From Mobula hypostoma (taxonomy: Eukaryota), in assembly GCF_963921235.1 (NCBI RefSeq), contig NC_086097.1:255194001-255258000 (forward strand): DNA of 64,000 bases, given 5' to 3'. Every line of letters begins with the position of its first letter. Within the stretch, counting starts at the first letter, position 1. The translations under genes were made by a program, and so were the position numbers. Of this stretch, positions 1 through 11,959 are shown in pieces. The notes under the pieces were generated by a model. It was not told where the DNA came from. It worked only from the letters and a program-made list of their open reading frames with translations, and did no database searches.

Positions 1-766
1 GTGTGGTCTCACCAACCTTGTCCAACTGCAGTAGTACCTCCCTGCTCCTGTACTCGAATCCTCTCGCTATAAATGCCAGCATACCATTCGCCTTTTTCAC
101 CGCCTGCTGTATCTGCATGCCCACTTTCAATGACTGGTGTATAATGACACCCAGGTCTCGTTACACTTCCCCTTTTCCTAATCGGCCACCATTCAGATAA
201 TAATCTGTTTTCCTGTTTTTGCCACCAAAGTGGATAACCTCACATTTATCCACATTAAATTGCATCTGCCATGAATTTGCCCAAGTCACCCTGCATCCTC
301 ATAGCATCCTCCTCACAGCTAACACTGCCGCCCAGCTTTGTGTCATCCACAAACTTGGAGATGCTGCATTTAATTCCCTCATCTAAGTCATTAATATATA
401 TTGTAAACAACTGGGGTCCCAGCACTGAGCCTTGCGGTACCCCACTAGTCACTGTCTGCCATTCTGAAAAGGTTCCGTTTATTCCCACTCTTTGCTTCCT
501 GTCTGCCAACTAATTCTCTATCCACATCAATACCTTACCCCCAATACCGTGTGCTTTAAGTTTGCACACTAATCTCCTGTGTGGGACCTTGCCAAAAGCC
601 TTTTGAAAATCCAAATATACCGCATCCACTGGTTCTCCCCTATCCACTCTACTAGTTACATCCTCAAAAAATTCTATGAGATTCATCAGACATGATTTTC
701 CTTTCACAAATCCATGCTGATTTTGTCCGATGATTTCACCGCTTTCCAAATGTGCTTTATTACATC
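1..766 (-). mobile_element. CR1 LINE (family A) RT fragment, running off the window edge
   Basis: ORFs 510-749 and 255-509 contain [29 protein letters not shown] and FVDD. Highly similar to 3410-5940 in the opposite orientation. Confidence 0.92.
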
Positions 767-1340
767 TACCTCTCTGTATGTCCTATCTATCACCCTCTCA
801 GCCTCCCGAAAGATCCAGAGTTTATCCAGATCCAACTCCAACTCCTTAACACAGACTGTTAGAAGCTGTAGCTTGCAGTTGTAGTCATCAGGGACACTGG
901 AGGTCTCCCTGCCTTCCCACATCCCACAAGAGGAGCATCCAACTATCCTGCCTGGCATGTCTACTGTCCTAACTGAGCAAATGTAAAGAAGGGAGGGGAA
1001 TAACTCTACCCGGAGCTTTTCACTTTTTCCTTCTGACTGCAGCCTCTCTTTGCTGAAGCCTCAAAATCACCGCTCCAATTCTATCCACTCAGACAACGGC
1101 TGCTGTGCTTCCCCTTCCTTCCCTTAATCTGTTCTTGCTAATCTACCCTAAACACTGATTGGTCACTGGTCAAAGCTCATAACTGCCACAAGTTGCTGCC
1201 TTTTCTACTCAGTCAGCTAAGCTGAGTCAATTTCCCTCCTCTCAAGCTTCTGATCTCCCGATTGTTCACTGGTCAGAGCTCCAAACAAATCGCCTTACTA
1301 GATGAGATCTCTAGTCCATCCAGACTAAGCACTGCCTATG
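767..1340 (-). mobile_element. CR1 5' region / ORF1 N-terminal fragment
   Basis: ORF 704-958 has CSSCGMW...DDYNC plus a coiled coil (VKELELDLDKL), the same pattern as ORF1 at 27664. Confidence 0.7.
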
Positions 1341-1374
1341 ACATTTTCCCTGACTACTTATGCCACCCCTCTTT

Positions 1375-2650
1375 CAAGAATCAGTTGATTCTGGCATGGT
1401 TCCAGAGGAATAGAAAATTGCAAATGTCACTCCACTCTTCAAGAGAAAGGTAGGCAGAAGAAAGGAAATTATAGGGCAGTTAGACTGACCTCGGTGGTTG
1501 GAAAGACGTTGGAGTCAATTGTTAAGAATGTGGTTTTGGGGTACTTGGAGGCACAAGGTAAAAATAGCCCATTGTCAGCATGGTTTCCTCAAGGGAAACT
1601 CTTGACTGACATATCAATTGGAATTCTTTGAGGAAATAACAAACACAATAGACAAGGGAGAATCAGTGGATGTTATGTATTTGGATTTTCAAAGGCCTTT
1701 GACATGATGCCACATGAGGCTGCATAACAAGTCAAGAGCCCATACTATTACAAGAAAGATACTGCTATGGTTAGAGCATTGGCTGCTTGGCAAGAGGCAA
1801 AGAGTGGAAGTAAAGGACATGTTTTCTGATTGGCTGCCAGTGATTAGTGATGTTTCACCAGGGTCGGTGTTGGGACTGATTCTTTTTATTTTATATGTCA
1901 ATAATTTAGATGACAGAATTAATGGCATTGTGGCCAGGTTTGCAGATGATATAAAGATAGGTGGAGGGACAGGTAGTTTTAAGCAAGAAGAGAGGCCATG
2001 GAGTGACTTAGACATGAGGAGCATGGGCAAAGAAGTGGCAGGTGGAATATTGGGTCAGGAAATGTATGCTCATGCATTTTGATAGAAGAAATAAAAATGT
2101 AGAATATTTTTAAAATGGAGAAATATTTCAAAAAATGAGGTGCAATGGGGTTTGGGAATTATTGTACAGGATTCCGTACAGGTTAATTTGCAGGTTGACT
2201 CTGTGGTGAGGAAAGCAATTGTGATGTTAGCATTCATTTCTAGAGGGCTGGAAGATAAAAGCAAGGATGTAATGTTGAGGCTTTGCAAATCACTGGTGAG
2301 GCCTCATGTGGAGAATTGTGAGCAGTTTTGCGCCCCCTGTCTTAGAAAGGATGTGCTGACACTAGAGGGATTTCAAAAAAGGTTCATAAAAATGATTCCA
2401 GGATTGAAAGGCTTGTCATATGAAGAGCATGTAATAACTCTTGCCCTGTATTCACTATAATTCAGAACAATGAAGGGTGGCCTAACTGAAACCTATAGAA
2501 TGGTGAAAGGCCTAAATAGAGTGGACGTGGAAAGATGTGTCCTGTGGTGGGGGGAGTGTATGTCCAGAAGACACAGCTCAGGATAATTGGGTGTCCTTAC
2601 AGAATGGAGACGAGGAGGGATTTCTTAAGCCAGAGAGTGGTGAACTCAAT
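1375..2650 (+). mobile_element. Degenerate CR1 ORF2 (RT to C-terminus)
   Basis: Frameshifted fragments contain VARFADDIKIGG and LVRPHVENCEQF. Confidence 0.85.
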
Positions 2651-3312
2651 GTCCCTAACACCATAAGGTCTCCCTAACACAGGAGCAGAATGAGGCCATT
2701 CAGTCCATTGAGTCTGTTCTGCCATTCCATCATGTCTGATCCTGGATCCCACTCAACCCCATTCACCTGCTTTCTTGCCATATCCTTTCATGCCCTGACC
2801 AATTAGGAAAGTATCAATTTTCGCTTTAAGCATACCCTTGGGCTTGGCCTCCACTTCAGTCTATGGCAGAGCATTCCCAGGATACGCTACCTTCTGGCTA
2901 AAAATATTCCTCCTTACCTCTATTCTAAAAGGTCGCCATTCAATTTTGAGGCTGTGCCCTCTAGTTCTGGATACCCCACCATAAAAAACATCCTCTCCAC
3001 ATCCACCCTGTCTAGTCCTTTCAACATTCGGTAGGTTTTAATAAGATCCCCTGCCCCACATTCTTCTAAATTCCAGTGAGTACAGGCCCAAAGCTGCCAA
3101 ACACGCCTCATCTGCTATCCCCTTCATACCACAAATCATCCTCATGAACTTCTTCTGTGCACTCTAAAATGACATCCTTTCTGAGATACGGCCCAAACCT
3201 GTTGACAATACTGTAAACATGAGCAAATCTGCAGATGCTGGAAATTCAAGCAACACACATCAAAGTTGCTGGTGAGCGCAGCAGGCCGGGCAGCATCAAT
3301 ATGAAGAGGTAC

Positions 3313-3348
3313 AGTCGACGTTTCGGGCCGAGACCCTTTGTCAGGACT
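3313..3348 (-). ncRNA. PLE hammerhead copy with a mutated core (CTGACAA)
   Basis: Minus strand reads agtcctgacaaagggtctcggcccgaaacgtcgact. The G8-to-A change in the core probably inactivates it. Confidence 0.65.
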
Positions 3349-3409
3349 GACTGAAAGAAGAGCTAGTAAGAGATTTGAAAGTGGGAGGGGGAGATCCGAA
3401 ATGATAGGA

Positions 3410-5940
3410 AATTAGAAATGTGTGCAATAAAGGAACAGCAGTTATAATGGGTGACTTCAATCTACATGTAGACTGGGTGAACCAAATTGGTAAAGGTGCT
3501 GAGGAAGAGGATTTCTTGGAATGTATGCGGGATGGTTTTTTGAACCAACATGTCGAGGAACCAACTAGAGAGCAGGCTATTCTGGACTGGGTTTTGAGCA
3601 ATGAGGAAGGGTTAATTAGCGATCTTGTCGTGAGAGGCCCCTTGGGTAAGAGTGACCATAATATGGTGGAATTCTTCATTAATATGGAGAGTGACATAGT
3701 TAATTCAGAAACAAAGGTTCTGAACTTAAAGAGGGGTAACTTTGAAGGTATGAGACGTGAATTAGCTAAGATAGACTGGCAAATGACACTTAAAGGATTG
3801 ACGGTGGATATGCAATGGCAAGCATTTAAAGGTTGCATGGATGAACTACAACAATTGTTCATCCCAGTTTGGCAAAAGAATAAATCAAGGAAGGTAGTGC
3901 ACCCGTGGCTGACAAGAGAAATTAGGGACAGTATCAATTCCAAAGAAGTAGCATACAAATTAGCCAGAGAAAGTGGCTCACCTGAGGACTGGGAGAAATT
4001 CAGAGTTCAGCAGAGGAGGACAAAGGGCTTAATTAGGAAGGGGAAAAAAGATTATGAGAAAAAACTGGCAGAGAACATAAAAACAGACTGTAAAAGCTTT
4101 TATAGATATGTAAAAAGGAAAAGACTGGTAAAGACAAATGTAGGTCCCCTGCAGACAGAAACAGGTGAATTGATTATGGGGAGCAAGGACATGGCAGACC
4201 AATTGAATAATTACTTTGGTTCTGTCTTCACTAAGGAGGACATAAATAATCTTCTGGAAATAGTAAGGGACAGAGGGTCCAGTGAGATGGAGGAACTAAG
4301 TGAAATACATGTTAGTAGGGAAGTGGTGTTAGGTAAATTGAAGGGATTGAAGGCAGATAAATCCCCAGGGCCAGATGGTCTGCATCCTAGAGTGCTTAAG
4401 GAAGTAGCCCAAGAAATACTGGATGCATTAGTGATAATTTTTCAAAACTCGTTAGATTCTGGACTAGTTCCTGAGGATTGGAGGGTGGCTAATGTAACCC
4501 CACTTTTTAAAAAAGGAGGGAGAGAGAAACCGGGGATTTATAGACCGGTTAGCCTAACATCGGTGGTGGGGAAACTGCTGGAGTCAGTTATCAAGGATGT
4601 GATAACAGCACATTTGGAAAGCGGTGAAATGATCGGACAAAGTCAGCATGGATTTGTGAAAGGAAAATCATGTCTGACGAATCTCATAGAATTTTTTGAG
4701 GATGTAACTAGTAGAGTGGATAGGGGAGAACCAGTGGATGTGGTATATTTGGATTTTCAAAAGGCTTTTGACAAGGTCCCACACAGGAGATTAGTGTGCA
4801 AACTTAAAGCACACGGTATTGGGGGTAAGGTATTGGTGTGGGTGGAGAATTGGTTAGCAGACAGGAAGCAAAGAGTGGGAATAAACGGGACCTTTTCAGA
4901 ATGGCAGGCGGTGACTAGTGGGGTACCGCAAGGCTCAGTGCTGGGACCCCAGTTGTTTACAATATATATTAATGACTTGGATGAGGGAATTAAATGCAGC
5001 ATCTCCAAGTTTGCAGATGACACGAAGCTGGATGGCAGTGTTAGCAGTGAGGAGGATGCTAAGAGGATGCAGGGTGACTTGGATAGGTTGGGTGAGTGGG
5101 CAAATTCATGGCAGATGCAATTTAATGTGGATAAATGTGAAGTTATCCACTTTGGTGGTAAAAATAGGAAAACAGATTATTATCTGAATGGTGGCCGATT
5201 AGGAAAAGGGGAAGTGTAACGAGACCTGGGTGTCATTATACACCAGTCATTGAAAGTGGGCATGCAGGTACAGCAGGCGGTGAAAAAGGCAAATGGTATG
5301 CTGGCATTTATAGCGAGAGGATTCGAGTACAGGAGCAGGGAGGTACTACTGCAGTTGTACAAGGCCTTGGTGAAACCACACCTGGAGTATTGTGTGCAGT
5401 TTTGGTCCCCTAATCTGAGGAAAGACATATTTGCCATAGAGGGAGTACAAAGAAGGTTCACCAGATTGATTCCTGGGATGGCAGGACTTTCATATGAAGA
5501 AAGACTGGATGAACTGGGCTTGTACTCGTTGGAATTTAGAAGATTGAGGAGGGATCTGATTGAAACGTATAAGATCCTAAAGGGATTGGACAGGCTAGAT
5601 GCAGGAAGATTGTTCCCGATGTTGGGGAAGTCCAGAACGAGGGGTCACAGTTTGAGGATAGAGGGGAAGCCTTTTAGGACCGAGATTAGGAAAAACTTCT
5701 TCACACAGAGAGTGGTGAATCTGTGGAATTCTCTGCAACAGCAAACTGTTGAGGCCAGTTCATTGGCTATGTTTAAGAGGGAGTTAGATATGGCCCTTGT
5801 GGCTACAGGGTTCAGGGGGTATGGAGGGAAGGCTGGGGCGGGATTCTGAGTTGGATGATCAGCCATGATCATAATAAATGGCGGTGCAGGCTCGAAGGGC
5901 CGAATGGCCTACTCCTGCACCTATTTTCTATGTATCTATG
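3410..5940 (+). mobile_element. Young 5'-truncated CR1 (family A) inserted in the PLE
   Basis: 599-aa ORF (endonuclease C-part GDFN...SDH, RT FADD) broken by CAA>TAA at 5217-5219. It has a 3' hairpin and (ttctatgt)-type tail; near-TSD atgatagga/atgatacga. Confidence 0.95.
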
Positions 5941-6546
5941 ATACGAGAAGACAGGAGGGGGAGGGATGGAGCCAAGAGCTGGACAGTTGATTGGCAAAAG
6001 GGATATGAGAGGATCATGGGACAGGAGGCCCAGGGAGGAGGGGGGAAGCCCAGAGAATATAAGGTGTTGTTCCTCCAACCTGAGTGTGGCTTCATCTTGA
6101 CAGTAGAGGAGGCCATGGGTAGACACATCAGAATGGGATGTGTGGCCACTGGAAGATCCTGCTTTCTCTGGCAGACAGAGCATAGGTGTTCAGCGAAATG
6201 CTCTCCCAGTCCGTGTTGGGTCTCGCCAATATATAGAATATTTTGTTGGCTTTGTGGAACAATCCATGTTCCAAACCTATAGCGGTATCTGTCCCCTACT
6301 TTTCCTTTGCTGCATCGACGACTGCATTGATGCTGCTTCCTGCACGCATGCTGAGCTCGTTGACTTCATTAACTTTGCCTCCAACTTCTACCCTGCCCTC
6401 AAGTTTACCTGGTCTATTTCTGACACCTCCCACCCCTTTCTAGATCTTTCTGTCTTATCTACTGATGTCTACTATAAGCCTATGGACTCTCACAGCTATC
6501 TGGACTATTCCTCTTCTCACCCTGTCTCTTGCAAAAATACCATCCC

Positions 6547-7541
6547 ATAGAAACCATAGAAACTACAGCACAGAAACAGGCCTTTTGGCCCTTCTTGGCT
6601 GTTGCCGAACCATTTTCTGCCTAGTCCCACTGACCTGCACACAGACCATATCCCTCCATACACCTCCCATCCATGTATCTGTCCAATCTATTCTTAAATG
6701 TTAAAAAAGAACCCGCACTTATCACCTCGTCCGGCAGCTCATTCCATACTCCCACCACTCTCTGTGTGAAGAAGCCCCCGCAATGTTCCCTTTAAACTTT
6801 TTCCCCCTCACCCTTAACCCATGTCCTCTGTTTATTTTCTCCCCTTGCCTCAGTGGAAAAAGCCTGCTTGCATTCATTCTATCTATACCCATCATAATTT
6901 TATATACCTCTATCAAATCTCCCCTCATTCTTCTACGCTCCAGGGAATAAAGTCCTAACCTATTCAACCTTTCTCTGTAACTGAGTTTCTCAAGTCCCGG
7001 CAACATCCTTGAGTTTCTCAAGTCCTTCTCTGCACTCTTTCAACCTTATTTATATCCTTCCTGTAATTTGGTAACCAAAACTGAACACAATACTCCAGAT
7101 TCGGCCTCACCAATGCCTTATACAACCTCATCATAACATTCCAGCTCTTATACTCAATACTTCGATTAATAAAGGCCAATGTACCAAAAGCTCTCTTTAC
7201 GACCCTATCTACCTGTGACGCCACTTTTAGGGAATCTTGTATCTGTATTCCCAGATCCCTCTGTTCCACTGCACTCCTCAGTGCCTTACCATTAACCCTG
7301 TATGTTCTACATTGGTTTGTCCTTCCAATGTGCAATACCTCACATTTGTCAGTATTAAACTCCATCTGCCATTTTTCAGCCCATTTTTCCAGATGGTCCA
7401 AGTCCCTCTGCAGGCTCTGAAAACCTTCCTCACTGTCTAAAACTTGCTGATCCAATTTACCACATTATCATCCAGATCATTGATATAGATGACAAATAAC
7501 AATGGACCTAGCACTGATCCCTGTGGCACACCACTAGTCAC
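6547..7541 (-). mobile_element. CR1 (family C) 3' fragment inserted in the PLE RT
   Basis: (ttctatgg)n tail and LVRPNLEYCVQFW. A deletion at ~7440 removes the FADD region relative to the sibling copy at 45560-45600. Confidence 0.92.
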
Positions 7542-8648
7542 CTTCTCACAATTCCTCCGTCTCCACCGCATCTGCTCTCAGGATGAGGCTTTTCATTCCA
7601 GGACAGGAGAGATGTCCGCCTTTTTTAAAGAAAGGGGCTTCCCTTCCTCCACCATCAACTCTGCTCTCAAACGCATCTCTCCCATTTCATGCTTGTCTGC
7701 TCTCACCCCATCCTCCCACCACCCCACTAGGAATAGGGTTCCCCTGGTCCTCACCTACCACCCCACCAGCCTCCAGGTCCAACACATAACTCTCTGTAAC
7801 TTCCGCCACCTCCAATGGGATCCCACCACCAAGCACATCTTTCTCCCCCACTCTCTCTGCTTTCCACAGGGATCGCTCCCTACGCAACTCCCTTGTCCAT
7901 TCGTCCCCCTCATCCCTCCCCACGGATCTCCCTCCTAGCACTTATCCTTGTAAGCAGAACAAGTGCTACACATGCCCTTACACTTCCTCCCTCACCACCA
8001 CTCAGGGCCCCAAACAGTCCTTCCATGTGAGGCGACACTTCACCTGTGAGTCAGCTGGGGTGATATATTGCGTCCGGTGCTCCCAATGTGGCCTTCTATA
8101 TATTGGCGAGACCCAATGCAGACTGGGAGACCGTTTCACTGAACACCTATGCTCTGTCCGCCAGAGAAAGCAGGATCTTCCGGTGGCCACACATTTTAAT
8201 TCCATGTCCCATTCCCATTCTGGTATGTCTATCCACGGCCTCTTCTACTATCAAGATGAAGCCACACTCAGATTGGAGGAACAACACCTTATATTCCATC
8301 TGGGTGGCCTCCAACCTGATGGCATGAAAATTGACTTCTCTAACTTCCGCTAATGCCCCACCTCCCCCTCGTACCCCATCCGTTATTTATTTTTATACAC
8401 ATTCTTTCTCTCTCTCTCCTTTTTCTCCCTCTGCCCCTCTGACTGTACCCCTTGCCCATCCTCTGGGCTTCCCTCCCTCCCCCTTTCTTTCTCCCTAGGC
8501 CTCCTGTCCCATGATCCTCTCATATCCCTTTTGCCATTCACCTGTCCAGCTCTTGGCTCCATCCCTCCCCCTCCTGTCTTCTCCTATCATTTTGGATCTC
8601 CCCCTACCCCTCCCACTTTCAAATCTCTTACTAGCTCTTCCTTCAGTT

Positions 8649-8684
8649 AGTCCTGACGAAGGGTCTCAGTCCGAAACGTCGACT
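8649..8684 (+). ncRNA. Minimal type I hammerhead ribozyme in a PLE pseudo-LTR
   Basis: AGTC-CTGACGA-A-GGG(tctcag)TCC-GAAA-CGTC-GACT: conserved CUGANGA/GAAA core, stem I AGTC/GACT, palindromic ACGT stem III and GUC cleavage triplet. Confidence 0.8.
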
Positions 8685-9969
8685 GTACCTCTTCCTAGAG
8701 ATGCTGCCTGTCCTGCTGCATTCACCAGCAACTGTTATGTGTGTTGCTTGACAATACTGTAAGTGTGGCCTGACTAGTGGCCTAAAATAAACGCCAACAT
8801 TACATTTGTCTTTACCACAGACTCAATCTGTAAATTAACAAGGACTCCAAGTCCTTCTGCACCTCTGATGTTTGAACCTTCTCCCTGTTTAGATAATCAT
8901 CTGCACTATTGTTCCTTTTACCAAAATGCATCATCATACATTTCCCAGCACTGTATTCCATCTTTGTGCCCATTCTTCCAATTTGTCTAAGCCCTGCTGC
9001 AATCCCATTACTTCCTCAGCAATAACCCCCCCCCCCACCTATCTTCATATCATCGGCAAACTTTGCGCAAAATCTGCAAATTACATTAATTCCATTATCA
9101 AAATCATTGACAAACAATGTGAAAAGTAGCGGTCCCAATACTGACCCCTAAGGAACACCACTAGTCACTGGCAGCCAACCAGAAAAGGCTCCTTTTTTTT
9201 CTCACTCACTGCTTCCTGCCTGTCAGCCATTCCACTATCCATCCCAGTATCTTTCCTGTAATGCCAAAGGACTTTACCTTGTTAAGAAGCCTTATCAAAC
9301 ACTTTCTGAAAATCTAAGTAAATGGCATCCACTACTTCTCCTTTGTCCACCCTGCTTGTTAGTTCCTCAAAGAACTCTGACAGATTTTTCAGGCAAGAAT
9401 TTCCTTTAGAGAAACCATGCTGACTTTGACTTACATTATCATTAGAAACAGGCCGCTGTGGAGGCCGAGTCACGTATATCTTGAGGTAGAAGTTGATTGA
9501 CTCTTGATTAATGAGGGCATAAAGGAATACAGGAAAGAAGCAGGAGATTGGTACAAAGATGGAAACTGGATCAGCCATAATGAAATGACGGAGCAGGATT
9601 GATGGGCCAATTGGCCTAATTCTGGTTCTATTTCTTAGTATCTTATGTACTCAAGTAGCCAGCGTCTAGTGCCTTAAGGACTTGTCATGCACCCAGGAGC
9701 AGGTATTTATTGAATGGACCCATGTTATTTGGACTTTAGGTGAACTCCATGTTTGTGAAAAAGAAAGGAAAGAAAAGTGTCAAAAATATATTCCAGGAGA
9801 GCCTTCCGCATTTCCTGCTGACATACTGAAGAAAAGGGCGTAGCTCCAGCCATGTTTCACCGTGTTCTTTCTACCCGCCGGATGTGGTGGCGAGCGATCG
9901 CTGATTTGTGACCGTGCACTACAGAGCACCCACCTGCACTGACGTGAGCACTGAATGCAATGGAAAATG

Positions 9970-10381
9970 TAGCCAACCACACACCCACGCAAGGTACCAT
10001 TCAATTTAAAAAGATTTATTTCAATATTGACATTTTTTTTTGTTTTCTGACTGTCCGATTAAACAATAAACGCAGTTGCGATAAAAGATTGTCTTAGAGA
10101 ACCAGAACAAAAACTCAGCAACGAATGTAAATCACCTCATTAAAATGCAACACATAAGTCCATTTAAACGAGGGTGGGGGAGGGATCACAATTCATTTCA
10201 GGGGAGGTTTTGTGTTGTGTGGCATGTCCTTTGTTTTGTCAAACGAATAACAAATGGTTTCTCGTAATTATTTCTCTTTACATATATATATTCATATAAA
10301 ATACATCAAAGCATGCGAAGTCTTCCATAAGGCGGGGGGAGAAACAAATATAAAAATCACTGCACATTTATTGCGGTAGAT
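9970..10381 (-). terminator. CSPG5: CSPG5 3' UTR and likely polyadenylation site
   Basis: Repeat-free sequence after the TAG. AATAAA at 10015-10020 (minus) is followed by a GU-rich element gcgtgggtgtgtggttgg (~9973-9990). Further AATAAA occur at 10367-10372 and 9706-9711. Confidence 0.7.
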
Positions 10382-10531
10382 CTACATCACGTTGTTCTGC
10401 GCCGAGTTTACCTCCGCGTTCGCGCTCTCTTTCTGCTTCGGCGTCCAGTTGTTTTGCACGTTGAACGAGTCGTCGTCTTTTGGGCAAGTTTTTAATGACT
10501 CGTGGATTTTATTTTGTCCGTTCACGTCGTC
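10382..10531 (-). CDS. CSPG5: Terminal coding exon of chondroitin sulfate proteoglycan 5 (neuroglycan C/CALEB), cytoplasmic tail
   Basis: Minus strand shows a branch-point-like CCCTGAC, a pyrimidine tract (cttgtttcttttttgttttt) and ctccAG at 10533-10532. The phase-0 frame reads DDVNGQNKIHESLKTCPKDDDSFNVQNNWTPKQKESANAEVNSAQNNVM-TAG; the other two frames stop early. It aligns by eye with the recalled human C-terminus DDPSAPHKIQEVLKSCLKEEESFNIQNSMSPK...DVNCLQNNLT. Confidence 0.93.
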   Translation of the reverse strand, partial: DDVNGQNKIHESLKTCPKDDDSFNVQNNWTPKQKESANAEVNSAQNNVM

Positions 10532-10659
10532 CTGGAGATATAATTGGTTCAAAAACAAAAAAGAAACAAGTCAGGGAAGAGGAAAATAGAACTATTTAAC
10601 AGTTTCTGGGAATTGAGCACATTCTCTTGTATGCTGAGAGAATGAGGAGTATCTACTAA

Positions 10660-10960
10660 GCATTTTTGCCCTGGAGGAACCCTTGAAATCATTTTCAGGT
10701 CTCAGGGAACCCCTGCATAAAAAATATTATATCTACAACTCAAAGTATGTTAGCCTGATCAGTAACTTGTAAATATGATAATCCAAAAATAATTGTCAAT
10801 GCTTTTTTGAGTATAGCATGAATTTTTAGCTGGCTTTTCTTGAAAAAAAGGCAGTTAAGCTTAGTTTACCTTTCTTGAAATTAATCTTTCTTTCCCTTTA
10901 ATAAATTTTAAAAACTCATAAGGAAAACATAATAAAATTCTGTTAAATAACTGGCTTATC
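10660..10960. mobile_element. Possible non-autonomous DNA transposon (hAT-like MITE) remnant
   Basis: Repeated subterminal-like ggaaccc motifs precede an AT-rich body. No second terminal repeat was seen (truncated by the adjacent PLE). Confidence 0.3.
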
Positions 10961-11945
10961 AGAATGGGAACGGGAAGTGGAATTAAAATGGTGACCACTG
11001 GGAGATCCCACTTTTTCTGGTGGACAGAGCGTAGTTACTTGGAAAAGTGGTCTCCCAATCTACATCAGGTCTCATCAATACACAGGAGACCACACTACGA
11101 GCACCAAACACAGTATATGACCCCAACAGACTCACAGGTGAGGTGTTGCCTCACCTGGAAGGACTGTTTAGGGCCCTGGATGGTAGTGAGGAATGAGATA
11201 TAGGGGCAGGTGTAGCACTTGTTCTACTTGCAAGGATAAGTGCCAGGAGGGAGATCAGTGGGGTGGACAAATGGACAAGAGAGTTGTGTAGGGAGCTATC
11301 CCTGTGGAAAGTGTGGGGGAGGGAGCAGGGGAGGGAAAGGTGTATTTAGTTGTGGGATCCTTTTGGAGATGGCAGAAGTTGCACGGAATTATGTGCTGGA
11401 CACAAAGGCTGGTGGGGTAGTAGGTGAGGACCCCGATCCCTGATAGGGTGGTGGGGGGGATGAGGTAAAAGCAGACGTGTGTGAAATGAAAGAGATGCAG
11501 TTGAGGGCAGCGTTGATGGTGGAGGCAGGGAAGCCCCTTTTTTTGGAAAAGGAGGACACCTCCTTCATTCTAGAATGGAAAGCCTCATCCCAAGAGCAGA
11601 TGCTGCGGAGATGGAGGAATTGAGAGAGGGGGGTGGCATTTTCACAAGTAACAGGGTGGGACGAGGTATAGTCCCGGTAGCTGTGAGAGTCCTTGGGTTT
11701 ATAATAGACATCAGTGAATAAGCTGTCTCTGGAGATTGAGACAGAGTGATCAAGAAAGGAGAAGGGGGTGTTGGAAATGGACCAGGTAAATTTGAGGGCA
11801 GGGCGGAAGTTGGAGGCAAGGTGGATGAAGTCGGTGAATTCAGCATTGGTGCAGAAAGCAGCACCAATGCAGTTGTTGATGTAGCGTAGGAAATATGTGA
11901 GATGGTCACCAGTGTAGGGTTGGAACATAGACTGTTCCATGTAGC
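10961..11945 (-). mobile_element. Penelope-like element RT/GIY-YIG fragment
   Basis: ORF 11389-11973 has GYMEQSMFQ...FLRYINNCIG...LSQFLHLRSICS. It is homologous to 6240-8200. Confidence 0.9.
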
Positions 11946-11959
11946 CTATAATGAAGCGA

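Larger units (their letters stand above)
3217..8750. mobile_element. Penelope-like element with inverted architecture: minus arm 3217-3409 and 5941-6238, plus arm 6240-6546 and 7542-8750
   Basis: RT motif (CIDDCI; ORF 6140-6550), thumb region [12 protein letters not shown], and GIY-YIG endonuclease (VIYCVRCSQCGLLYIGET...RFTEH; ORF 8027-8353). Pseudo-LTRs with hammerheads occur at both ends, with a 15-bp TSD. Confidence 0.9.
2675..9445 (-). mobile_element. Old CR1 3' half (2675-3216 and 8748-9445) split by a PLE insertion
   Basis: CR1 3' tail at ~2680; the RT continues after 8762 (QSQHGFSKGNSCLKNL, YLDFQK). The 15-bp TSD ttgacaatactgtaa is at 3202-3216 and 8748-8762. Confidence 0.8.

Noticed and set aside
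3341..3958. Long antisense ORFs over CR1 ORF2 (also 17222-17698, 33720-34124, 50190-50795 and others)
   Set aside because: These are shadow frames recurring in every CR1 copy, with no independent gene signals.
10392..10589. Plus-strand 65-aa ORF in the unique region
   Set aside because: It is the antisense shadow of the CSPG5 terminal exon; splice signals and homology are on the minus strand.
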